From Candidatus Iainarchaeum sp. (GTDB taxonomy: Archaea; Iainarchaeota; Iainarchaeia; Iainarchaeales; JAZDEL01), in assembly GCA_043808785.1 (NCBI GenBank), contig JAZDEL010000006.1:41264-105263 (forward strand): 64,000 nt of DNA, given 5' to 3'. Position 1 is the stretch's first letter, and each line of letters starts with the position of its first letter. Of the stretch, positions 8,840 through 17,124 are shown piece after piece. The notes beneath the pieces are model-generated. The model was not told the DNA's origin. It saw only the letters and a list, made by a program, of their open reading frames with translations, and did no database searches. The translations under genes and the position numbers were made by a program.

Positions 8840-11020
8840 TCAGCGCTTTCTCCGTTTCAGGAGGAAGAAGATTATGACTGCGGCCAGGACCGCGGCAATC
8901 AGCAGCAGGATGAGCACTACCGCAACAACGAGCACGAAAACAATGGCCTGCTGGTCCGCGCTCGCCGCGGGCAGGAATGCGCTCAGGTCGGGCAGGGGAA
9001 GGTTGAAACGCATTATGAAGGAGGTGTTGTCTACAGTGGCTGCGGAGCCCAGCACAACGGGCGGGGCGGGGAACTTTGATATCACGTCCTTGGTTATGAG
9101 GCTGTCCGCTTCCGCGCGTGAGAGGCGGCTCTTTAGCGAATATATGAGCGTGAGGGTTTCGCCGAACGGTATGGAAAGGCCCGTGAAATTTATTATCGGG
9201 TCTGCCCTTATTTCCTCGAATGCCGGGGAAGACGCGAGTTCTGATGTGTTTTGTGCGAACTCCTTTGGCACGAATTCCGCAACCTGCAGTTTGAGCGTGT
9301 TCCTGTCGCTGTTCACGATTGCGATGCGCACCCTTGCGAGGTAATATGACGAGTTGCGGTCTTCGGCATCCTTAACTTCGACAATCTCGAGCTTGCGGGA
9401 GACGGAGTATTTTTTTATGAGCGGTTCCGCTTCCGCGGCAAGGTCGGGCCTGAGCCCGCTGTCGCGCAGGAGGTTGGGGAGGCTGCCTATTGTGAAAACG
9501 TATGTTTTGCTTCGGTAGGGCACAACTGTTATCAGGGTTGCCGCGCGGGAGTAAAGCGCGGAGGCGGCTTCGGCGTGCGCCTTTGCGCCCAAATAATCCC
9601 TGCCCTTGGCAAAAAGTTCGTTTGCAAGCGCGAGGTTGCCGTCTGCCTGCAGCACGAGTTCGCCTAAGCGTGCGGATTCCACCATCTCGCCTTTCAGCGC
9701 GGACGCGGACTGCTCCGATGCGGCCTTGCCCCCGGTTGCGGAGGCTATTGCCGCGGAAGCCTCGGTACGGGACAAATAAATGTTGTTTAGGGTTATGGCA
9801 AGGGGGGCAGTTTCCGCGGTGTTGCCTGCTTTGTCGGAAACCTCCGCCTTGAGCGAGAACCTGCCGTTAGTTGCGGTTGCGGTGTTCCAGTCGTATCCAT
9901 ATATGCCGCTGTCTGATGCGGGAAGATTGGCTATTTCCTCCCACTCGCCCTTCGAGTTGCCGTAATAGAACACCACGCTTTCGATGCCTGAGCTGAACTC
10001 GCCGCCGTCGGATGCGCTTGCCTCAAGGCGCACAACATCGGAAAGTTCCGCGGTTCCGGCAGGGGAAAGCAGGGAAACCTGCGGGGCATCGGTGTCGTAG
10101 TAGAATATTTCAGTTTTATCGCACAGGTCGAAGGCTTCGTCCTTTGCTGCAAGGGTTATTTTGATGGCCCCTTTTTTCGAAAGGCCGAGGTCGTAGGTTG
10201 CGCCCAGCGAGGTTACTATGTTCTTGCTTTCAAGCACGGTTTCGTTGCCGTCGGGGAGGGTCAGGCGCAGGCTTGCGTAATAAAGGTCGTCTGCCGAGGA
10301 CACGGAAATCGAAAGCGTGTTTGACGCCCTGTCCCACGAGTGGGAGAGCGTAGCTTCTGCGGAGCAATAACGCATGCTCTCGAGGAAGTACTCCCTGCTG
10401 AGCGAGCCGCGGTTGCCCGCCTTGTCGTTTGCGGCAATAACATAATGGTAAGTGGTGCCCTTATCGAGGCCTGTGTCCTTGAATGCGGTGCCCTGGAAGT
10501 TCTCCTCCGCTATTGTTACCGAGGGGTCGCGGACATCCTTTATCTGGAGCCTGCTTTTGAAGATTATATAGCCGCCGACGCCCGAACGGTCGTCGGTTGC
10601 GGGAAGCCAGCTCAGGGTGAGTTCGTCTTTTCCCGTGGCTTCGAGGGTTATGCCTGGCACGGAGCCGGGCTTTGTTTTGTCTATCTGCGCACGGTAGTGC
10701 GCTGTGCCGCTCCACTCGTTGGCATATTTTGCCCGCAGGTGGAAGTACCATGTGCCGTCCATCTTGTCGGGGGTTTCGAATTTTGTCGCGGTTGTGTATT
10801 GCGCGGAGTCGTCGGGAATTGTTTCGGGGTTCGGGTCGATAATGTAATAGTATTGGGCGGCGTTGTTGTCCGTGACGGGCGCCCAGTTAAGGGCGATGTC
10901 GCCGTGAAAATACCATGCGTCCTGGTCGGGGTGCGTGGAGGAGGTTATTGCGGGAGTTGCGAGTGCAAGGCAGAAAGGGAGCAAAAATGCAAATGCAAGG
11001 GCTAAGGCAAGGTTGCGCAA
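8840..11020 (-). CDS. large cell-surface protein with Fn3/PKD-like beta domains and C-terminal membrane anchor
   Basis: Signal peptide MRNLALALAFAFLLPFCLALA, long beta-rich ectodomain, C-terminal hydrophobic helix ending KRRKR. Confidence 0.6.
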   Translation of the reverse strand: MRNLALALAFAFLLPFCLALATPAITSSTHPDQDAWYFHGDIALNWAPVTDNNAAQYYYIIDPNPETIPDDSAQYTTATKFETPDKMDGTWYFHLRAKYANEWSGTAHYRAQIDKTKPGSVPGITLEATGKDELTLSWLPATDDRSGVGGYIIFKSRLQIKDVRDPSVTIAEENFQGTAFKDTGLDKGTTYHYVIAANDKAGNRGSLSREYFLESMRYCSAEATLSHSWDRASNTLSISVSSADDLYYASLRLTLPDGNETVLESKNIVTSLGATYDLGLSKKGAIKITLAAKDEAFDLCDKTEIFYYDTDAPQVSLLSPAGTAELSDVVRLEASASDGGEFSSGIESVVFYYGNSKGEWEEIANLPASDSGIYGYDWNTATATNGRFSLKAEVSDKAGNTAETAPLAITLNNIYLSRTEASAAIASATGGKAASEQSASALKGEMVESARLGELVLQADGNLALANELFAKGRDYLGAKAHAEAASALYSRAATLITVVPYRSKTYVFTIGSLPNLLRDSGLRPDLAAEAEPLIKKYSVSRKLEIVEVKDAEDRNSSYYLARVRIAIVNSDRNTLKLQVAEFVPKEFAQNTSELASSPAFEEIRADPIINFTGLSIPFGETLTLIYSLKSRLSRAEADSLITKDVISKFPAPPVVLGSAATVDNTSFIMRFNLPLPDLSAFLPAASADQQAIVFVLVVAVVLILLLIAAVLAAVIIFFLLKRRKR

Positions 11021-11082
11021 GGGAACACCTAATTAGTTGGGGCGGATATTAATTTAAAGGATTGGTTAAAGCGCGCAGGGGA

Positions 11083-12708
11083 TTAGCGGAATTCGTTCAG
11101 GCGCTTAATTACCCTGTCTTGCCCTAACGCAAAAATAAGCGTGCCTATCCTCGGGCCGCGCTCTTTTGCGAGGAGCGCGAGGTAGAGGGATTTGAAAAGT
11201 TCGCTTTGCTGGGTGTTATTTGATTTTGCAAGGGCGAAGAGTTCCGCGAGGAGTGCGTCCGCCGATTTGCTTTTGCGCACGAGTTCCACAACCTGCGGGA
11301 ACAAAGATGCTGCAGCGGGGGAAATCGCATTTTTCGCATCTACGGGAAGTTTTTCAGCGAACGCCAGTTTCGAATCCGCGGGTGCGTATTTCTCGGACCA
11401 TGCGCGCGCGTTGCGCAGGCGCCCGAGGAGCGCTGCCTTTTCCTGCGCGGGGATTTTTTTAGGGAGGCTTCCCGAATCCTGCAGTTTTGCAATGAGTTCG
11501 GCATCGGATGAGAAAAGCTGCGAGAGGGAGGTGGCGAGGGAATAATCCAAAAGCGCTTCGCCAAGTTCCCTGCCGTGAACCCTAGAATAAGTGAAAAATT
11601 TTTTTGATTCCGGATTAGCCCCAACGGACGCAATAACCCTGTCCAGCTCGAGTTCAAGGTTGGGCACGTCCTGCCACGAGAAGCTGCGGGCTTTTGTTAT
11701 GCGCTTTATGAACAAATATTTAAGGGCTTCGGGCCTCGCCACCTCAAGCCAGTCTTTGGGGTAAATTACGTTGCCGAGGGAAGCGCTCATCTTTTTTCCG
11801 TCAACCATCAAATGCTCGTAAAAAATCGGCTCCGGTGCGGGAAAATTAAGGACGCGCTCGCAGATTTCCGCGTTTATCCAGAAGGCGGAATTCCTTGATT
11901 CGTACTCCTTGCCCGCGCCCTCGGAACAAACGCCCCAGCGCTTCCACTGCGCAGCCCACTCGCTTTTCCATACCAACTTGCCGTTGGCTTTTTTTAAATC
12001 CGCGGTGCCTTCATGCCCGCAGCCCTTTGCTGTTTCGGTTTCAAACTTGTAATCGCCGCAAACGTAATTAACCTTCGAATCCTCGACCGAGGTTATTTTT
12101 GTGGTTTGTATTTTGCCGCACTTTTCGCAGACCTGCTGCCAGGGGAACCAGTTCGCGCCGAGGTGCGTGCCTTCTTCCTTGAATTTGTTTATTATTTCGC
12201 GCACTGTCGATGTGCCTTTCAGAACCTGCATTACTTCCTCATTGAAATTGCCTTTCTTGTACTCTTCCCGCATCGAGAAGCGCTTTGGTTCGGAGTCGAG
12301 GAACTGCTTCATTGTTTCAAAAAATATTTCTGCGTGGTGCTGTGCGTAGCTTTTGTGGCAGCCCTCGGGGTCGGGGATGTCCGAGACGGGCATGCCTATG
12401 CATTCGCGGAATTTTTCGGGAACGCCTGCGGGGATTTTCCTCAATGGGTCCATGTCCTCGGTTACGTAAATGAAGCCCGTTGGGAAGCCCCGCGATTTCA
12501 GGGCCTTGTAAACCGCCTCGCTGCGGATTATGTCCGAGAGGCGGCCTATATGGAGAACGCCCGAAAGGGAGGAACTTGACTTGACGTTCCATTTTTTCAG
12601 TTTCGGCGCGCTTGCATGGGAAAAACTGCCCTTTTCGCGCCGTGCAATTTTTTCCGCAATCTGCTCCGCCCAGAAAATGGCTTCCTTGCCGTCAGTTGAC
12701 TGCCGCAT
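11083..12708 (-). CDS. lysK: lysine--tRNA ligase, class I (archaeal type)
   Basis: Class I LysRS-like sequence including HIGRLSD. Start set to the internal Met (ATG at 12708), because the upstream part of ORF 11083..13479 overlaps the antiporter gene on the other strand. Confidence 0.85.
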   Translation of the reverse strand: MRQSTDGKEAIFWAEQIAEKIARREKGSFSHASAPKLKKWNVKSSSSLSGVLHIGRLSDIIRSEAVYKALKSRGFPTGFIYVTEDMDPLRKIPAGVPEKFRECIGMPVSDIPDPEGCHKSYAQHHAEIFFETMKQFLDSEPKRFSMREEYKKGNFNEEVMQVLKGTSTVREIINKFKEEGTHLGANWFPWQQVCEKCGKIQTTKITSVEDSKVNYVCGDYKFETETAKGCGHEGTADLKKANGKLVWKSEWAAQWKRWGVCSEGAGKEYESRNSAFWINAEICERVLNFPAPEPIFYEHLMVDGKKMSASLGNVIYPKDWLEVARPEALKYLFIKRITKARSFSWQDVPNLELELDRVIASVGANPESKKFFTYSRVHGRELGEALLDYSLATSLSQLFSSDAELIAKLQDSGSLPKKIPAQEKAALLGRLRNARAWSEKYAPADSKLAFAEKLPVDAKNAISPAAASLFPQVVELVRKSKSADALLAELFALAKSNNTQQSELFKSLYLALLAKERGPRIGTLIFALGQDRVIKRLNEFR

Positions 12709-12856
12709 GCAGAACCACAGATAGGATAGGGGGAATGAAATAGTTAAACTTAATGTTCCGGCACCCGCGGGGAGTACTGAAAAAACACAAAAAACAAACC
12801 GCGGTTGGCGGGAAAAAGCATTAAATAACACGTGGGGCATTAGAGTTACGGTTAAG

Positions 12857-14029
12857 ATGGAACTGTTTCTCGTTCTCGGCGCGCTGTTCCTGCTGACGTT
12901 CCTTATCGGGCAGGTTGTGGAGAAAATAAGGGTGCCGTGGATTTTCGCCGCGCTGCTCATAGGCACCGTGCTTGCCGCGTATAACCCGGTCGGGGACGTG
13001 ACCTCGTCCGAGCCGTTTATTTTCCTGGCGCAAATGGGGATGTATTTCCTTCTTTTCGTGATAGGGTTTGAGATAGACCTTGCGGAGTTCAGGAAGGCGG
13101 GTGCGTTCATACTGAAGAGCACGTTTTTCATAATCCTGCTTGAGGCGGTGTTCGGCAGCCTGCTTATCCACTTCGTTTTCGGGTATGATTGGGCGATATC
13201 GGCAATAGTTGCGCTGTCCTTCGCCACGGTTGGGGAAGCCATACTCATCCCGATACTTGACGAGTTCGGCATCGTTAACACGAGGCTCGGGCAGAGCATA
13301 ATAGGGATAGGGACGCTCGACGACATAATAGAGGTTGCGATGCTTATCGTGGTAATAATGCTCGTTGGCTCGCAGGGCGCGGCGCAGGCAAGCGCGGGGG
13401 TTACGCTTGTTTCGCTCTTCGTGCTTTCCGCGCTTGCCGTGGTGCTGATGAGGCTGGGCAAGTCGGGCAGGAAGTTCATGTTTCACGGCATCGAGATGCT
13501 TTTCCTGTTCGTGCTTTTCGTGCTTTTCCTTTTCCTCGGGGTCGGGGAGTATGCGAACGCGGGGCCTATAGCCGCGCTCCTTGCGGGGATTTCGCTTAAG
13601 GCGTTTGTGCCGAAGGAGAGGCTGCAGGCGATAGAGTCCGAGGTAAAGACGATGTGCTACGGCTTCTTTGCGCCGGTGTTTTTCCTCTGGGTCGGGCTTT
13701 CGCTCGACATAGGGTATCTGCTTGCGTTTCCGCTGCTTGTGCTTGCGGTAGTGGTTGTTTCAAACAGCGCGAAGATTCTGGGCAGCTACATAATGGCGAG
13801 GAAGGAGCTTGGCACAAGGCAGTCGATTCTGCTCGGCATCGGGCTGTCAGTGAGGTTCAGCACGAGCATAATCATAGTAAAGATTCTTCTTGACAACGGG
13901 CTTATAGGCGCGGAGTTGTATTCGGTAATTGTCGCGTCAAGCATAGTGTTCAAGTTTGTCGTGCCCGTGCTGTTCTCAAACCTGCTCGTGAAGTGGGGCG
14001 TTTCGAAGGGCTCAACCGTAGCGGGGTAA
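12857..14029 (+). CDS. cation:proton antiporter (CPA2 / Kef-type Na+(K+)/H+ exchanger family)
   Basis: About 11-12 TM helices with Na_H_exchanger-like motifs. 390 aa. Confidence 0.7.
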   Translation: MELFLVLGALFLLTFLIGQVVEKIRVPWIFAALLIGTVLAAYNPVGDVTSSEPFIFLAQMGMYFLLFVIGFEIDLAEFRKAGAFILKSTFFIILLEAVFGSLLIHFVFGYDWAISAIVALSFATVGEAILIPILDEFGIVNTRLGQSIIGIGTLDDIIEVAMLIVVIMLVGSQGAAQASAGVTLVSLFVLSALAVVLMRLGKSGRKFMFHGIEMLFLFVLFVLFLFLGVGEYANAGPIAALLAGISLKAFVPKERLQAIESEVKTMCYGFFAPVFFLWVGLSLDIGYLLAFPLLVLAVVVVSNSAKILGSYIMARKELGTRQSILLGIGLSVRFSTSIIIVKILLDNGLIGAELYSVIVASSIVFKFVVPVLFSNLLVKWGVSKGSTVAG

Positions 14030-14042
14030 AAAAATAAGAAAG

Positions 14043-14184
14043 TGGGAAGAGCGGGATTTGAACCCGCGACACCACGGTTTCTGCTCCTTTCGCAAAACCT
14101 GGAATCTTCAGCTGCACATGGGCAGAGCGTGGAAAACTCCCCTCAACGCCCATCGTGTGCTCTCCCAGGCTGAGCTACCTTCCC
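14043..14184 (-). tRNA. tRNA-Phe(GAA)-like gene, 142 nt, probably with two introns
   Basis: 5' half GGGAAGGTAGCTCAGCCTGGGAGAGCACACG and 3' half CCGTGGTGTCGCGGGTTCAAATCCCGCTCTTCCCA are 68 nt apart. Removing a 41-nt segment after position 30 and a 27-nt segment after position 38 leaves G+CTGAAGA as the anticodon loop and a 74-nt cloverleaf. The anticodon assignment is an inference. Confidence 0.6.
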
Positions 14185-14207
14185 ACTCCAAGAATTGGGG
14201 GCTTTAT

Positions 14208-14218
14208 TGTTTAAAAAG
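14208..14218 (-). promoter_or_regulatory. TATA-like box (TTTTTAAA on minus strand) about 26-33 nt upstream of the tRNA 5' end
   Basis: A/T hexamer in GC-rich surroundings at the expected archaeal spacing. Confidence 0.4.
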
Positions 14219-14222
14219 GATT

Positions 14223-14858
14223 CTATTCCGTCGCAGCCATGGCCCGCGCTAGTTTATAGGGGTTTGAAAAGCCGATTTCGGAAATCCATTTTCGCAGGTT
14301 TGCCTTCCCGTTTAGTGGAACCTTATATGCGGTTCGGACTGATGTTTTTGATTTGTAAGCCCAAATTTTTGCAACATTGAATCCGGCAACGCTTAATAGT
14401 TCCTTCAACTGTTCCGCAAGAGCGCGGCTCGTAGTGGTTATCTCAATAGAAGGGTATTTCGGCGAGCCCGGTTTGTCGGCCACGAAAACGGAGCCGTCCG
14501 TGTCCACGATGCCCCGGATTGCGTGCTTTGCCGACTCCCAATCGGCTTCGATTTCGGCGGGAATTTTGGCCTTAGCGCACTTGCCTTCATGGAAAGGCAA
14601 CCTGAATGTAGTCGTCAGGCGTTCCACGATCGGCTTAGAGTCAAATTTAATTCTGACCGCACGTTCCCTGAATTTAGGCTTAACCACCCGCCCCCATGCG
14701 GAATAAATTAGGCGGCTCAGATTTTCAAAATACTGCGCATCGGTTATTGGATTTCCCGTAAAGCCGATTATGTATTTCCTGTTGCGTTTGTAAATGTGCC
14801 CGTCCCCGAGGTAGGCGCCGATTAGTTCGCATTCTTCGGGAGAAATAGTTTCAGCCAT
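14223..14858 (-). CDS. LAGLIDADG homing endonuclease, double-motif, free-standing
   Basis: Two LAGLIDADG motifs, LIGAYLGDGHI and IRGIVDTDGSV. 211 aa, between two intron-containing tRNA genes. Confidence 0.8.
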   Translation of the reverse strand: MAETISPEECELIGAYLGDGHIYKRNRKYIIGFTGNPITDAQYFENLSRLIYSAWGRVVKPKFRERAVRIKFDSKPIVERLTTTFRLPFHEGKCAKAKIPAEIEADWESAKHAIRGIVDTDGSVFVADKPGSPKYPSIEITTTSRALAEQLKELLSVAGFNVAKIWAYKSKTSVRTAYKVPLNGKANLRKWISEIGFSNPYKLARAMAATE

Positions 14859-14960
14859 ATTATATAAAAGGGTTTGCGCAATTTAAAGGCTCGCAGAGAG
14901 TGCATTTCCGCTGCGGTTTTTGCCTTAAGCGGTTTCCGGTGCGAAGTGTGCCGGCCCAGT

Positions 14961-15072
14961 AATTTTAAAACGAGCCCGAGGGGATTTGAACCCCCGACAC
15001 CTTGGTTAAAAGCCAAGTGCTTTTGGCGGAAGGGGGCATGGAAACCCGCCCGACTTCCTCTACCAGACTGAG
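14961..15072 (-). tRNA. tRNA-Lys(UUU), 112 nt, with a 38-nt intron in the D-stem (non-canonical position)
   Basis: GGGCCCGTAGCTCAGTCTGGTAGAG | 38 nt | CACTTGG-CTTTTAA-CCAAG-GTGTC-GGGGGTTCAAATCCCCT-CGGGCTC-G. Excising GAAGTC...CAAAAG restores the GAGC D-stem and a 74-nt cloverleaf. Confidence 0.8.
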
Positions 15073-15097
15073 CTACGGGCCCGTCACAAAGAACGGG

Positions 15098-15107
15098 TTA
15101 GGAAAGG
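15098..15107 (-). promoter_or_regulatory. TATA-like box (ATTTAAAT) about 27-34 nt upstream of tRNA-Lys(UUU)
   Basis: A/T hexamer at the expected archaeal spacing. Confidence 0.4.
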
Positions 15108-15387
15108 AATTTAAATGTGTGCGGGCGGGAAAAACAAACAAAAAAAACGCGTCCGTGGTTTGGCGGGTTTGGTTGGTTTTGCCGGGTTTGCCGGGTCGTG
15201 GCGGGAAACAAACCAAAAACCGCGCAGGAGCGCGGTTGGTTTTGTTGGGCTTGCGGGGTTTGCTGTGCCGGCAAACCAGCAGGCAAACCATCGGGCATGC
15301 GTGCCCGCGGGGATTTTTCGAGTTCATTTCCGCAATGCGAAAGAAACATTTATATAATGCGTTATATATCAACTATATGTTGATTAT

Positions 15388-15615
15388 ATGGCTAGCGTCA
15401 CAACAATCCAGATAGGAAGGAATGTGCTGGAAGAACTGAAGAAAACAAAGCAGTACCCTAGGCAGACCTATTCCGAGATAATCCTGGAGATGGCAAAGGC
15501 ATACAGAAGCGGCAAATTGAAGAACCAGTACGACGAGTTCCTGCACAAGATACAGCAGGAAAAAATGAAGGAACTCTGGGGCAATAAAGAGGACGAGGCG
15601 TGGGAAAATGCCTGA
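15388..15615 (+). CDS. putative antitoxin (small DNA-binding protein) of a type II toxin-antitoxin pair
   Basis: 75-aa ORF whose stop overlaps the start of the MazF/PemK-like gene by 8 nt. Confidence 0.45.
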   Translation: MASVTTIQIGRNVLEELKKTKQYPRQTYSEIILEMAKAYRSGKLKNQYDEFLHKIQQEKMKELWGNKEDEAWENA

Positions 15616-15925
15616 GCAGGGGGATGTCGTGCTTGCGGCAATCCAGTTTGCCGACACTTTCGAGATAAAAAAGAGGCCTGCTGTAGTGCTTTTTTCCGAG
15701 TTCGGGAATGTGGTTGTTGCGGGAATTACGAGCAATACGGGGATGCAGGGCATAGCGCTTACGAAAAAGGACGGGGCGATAAAGGACAGCGTGATAAAGC
15801 CGAACTATATTTTCACTATATCGGAGAAGGCTGTGGAGAAGCGGCTTTTTTCCCTTGGCGCCGCGAAAAGGCTGGAACTATATTCCGCGCTGGAGAAAAG
15901 GCTCGGCGGGCTGAAGGGGCGCTGA
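15608..15925 (+). CDS. MazF/PemK-family toxin (mRNA interferase)
   Basis: GDVVLAAIQFADTFEIKKRPAVVL...GITSN pattern typical of PemK/MazF. 105 aa. Confidence 0.6.
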   Translation: MPEQGDVVLAAIQFADTFEIKKRPAVVLFSEFGNVVVAGITSNTGMQGIALTKKDGAIKDSVIKPNYIFTISEKAVEKRLFSLGAAKRLELYSALEKRLGGLKGR

Positions 15926-15951
15926 AAATTGCTGGCGCCCGCAATTGCGGC

Positions 15952-16794
15952 TTATTTTGCGAGCGGTATTTTCACGATGAAAACCGTGCCGCTCGGCTTG
16001 TTGTCGATTATGTTATCCCTTATTTCAAGCGCGCCGTTGTGAATCTTCAGGGCGTGCATTATTGACACCTGGCCGAGGCCGTGTTGCTGCGCAGGATCAA
16101 ATTCTTTCGTGGTAAAGCCCTTTGCCTCGAGGAAACTTTTTTTGCCCCTGTCGGAAAGGATTTTGCCCGTGTTGGAAACAGTTATTATGAAATTTTTCGA
16201 ATCCGTACACAAATCCATATGCAGCCTCCCTTCTTCGTCAACGGCACGAAGCGCATTCTGACAAAGGTTAAAGACGACGCTCCTGAGCCAGCCAGAATTT
16301 GCATTCAAAGCGGCAGGCATTACATACATGCTGGCTGTGAATTTGGGTTTGTCCCCCGTTAAACGGCTATATTCGGCCAATATTGAGGGGTACTCGGCAA
16401 GTTCCTTCGCAAGAACCTGCGCGGATATTCTCCGTAGGGGGCCTTTGCCTCTCGAGGCAATGCCCTTTGAAAACTCAAGTTCCCGCAGTACATAATTTAT
16501 GTAGCGGTCTGCTTTTTCCATATTGGGCGTGGTGCTGGCAAGTTCACACCGTGCACGCTCCACAGCCAACTCGGAAACCAACACGAAGTGGCCTAAGTCG
16601 TGGTGCAGGGTGGTTTGTTCGGCAGAACTAGCGGGTTTAATTAGGCCGCAAAGTTTCTTCAAACCCTCCATGTTTTGTTCAAGAAGAGCCAGCTTGTGTT
16701 CAACCGCCTCTTTTGTCGGCGCGGGGAATGTTGTGCGTGCAACCAGTTCCCGAACACGCAGCCTGCGCCCTTTCGGCGGATAAGGTTTCGGCAT
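15952..16794 (-). CDS. sensor histidine kinase, cytoplasmic (HisKA + HATPase_c)
   Basis: H-box HHDLGHF, N-box NLCQNALRA, G-box GLGQ. No TM segments. Confidence 0.7.
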   Translation of the reverse strand: MPKPYPPKGRRLRVRELVARTTFPAPTKEAVEHKLALLEQNMEGLKKLCGLIKPASSAEQTTLHHDLGHFVLVSELAVERARCELASTTPNMEKADRYINYVLRELEFSKGIASRGKGPLRRISAQVLAKELAEYPSILAEYSRLTGDKPKFTASMYVMPAALNANSGWLRSVVFNLCQNALRAVDEEGRLHMDLCTDSKNFIITVSNTGKILSDRGKKSFLEAKGFTTKEFDPAQQHGLGQVSIMHALKIHNGALEIRDNIIDNKPSGTVFIVKIPLAK

Positions 16795-16868
16795 CTATAA
16801 AAACCCTAAATAAAATAGTGCAAGGTAGCATATAAGGTTATGTTGCCGTGCGCGAAAAATAAAAAAAA

Positions 16869-17004
16869 CGAGCCCGAGGGGATTTGAACCCCCGACACCC
16901 TGGTTGCCCCAGAATGGAAATTAAGAGCCTCACCCACGCACAAGGAAACCGCAAGCGGAAACTTGAAACATGACAGGTGCTCTACCAGACTGAGCTACGG
17001 GCCC
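16869..17004 (-). tRNA. tRNA-Lys(CUU)-like gene, 136 nt, probably with two introns
   Basis: Acceptor, D and T arms are identical to tRNA-Lys(UUU). Removing 45 nt after position 30 and 17 nt after position 38 leaves G+CTCTTAA as the loop between CCTGG/CCAGG stems, giving 74 nt. The anticodon assignment is an inference. Confidence 0.55.
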
Positions 17005-17036
17005 TGATTGAACCGAAATAATTGGGGGGTTGAAGG

Positions 17037-17046
17037 TATTTAAAGG
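17037..17046 (-). promoter_or_regulatory. TATA-like box (CTTTAAATA) upstream of tRNA-Lys(CUU)
   Basis: A/T box 33-42 nt from the tRNA 5' end. Confidence 0.35.
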
Positions 17047-17124
17047 TTGCGCGGGGGGAAGGGGGGAGAAAAAACACAACAAAACAAACCCCGGCGCGCC
17101 GTGGTTTTTGTTTGGTTTGTGGGG

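Noticed and set aside
12709-13479. N-terminal 257 codons of ORF 11083..13479, which would make a 798-aa LysRS.
   Set aside because: That stretch overlaps the antiporter gene on the opposite strand and has no LysRS similarity. An internal ATG at 12708 gives a canonical 542-aa class I LysRS.
15073-15383. Four overlapping 80-99-aa ORFs between tRNA-Lys and mazE.
   Set aside because: The region is made of tandem GGTTTGCCGGG units, A/C-rich spacer elements and a CCGCGC...GCGCGG hairpin. Both strands are open only because of low-complexity composition.
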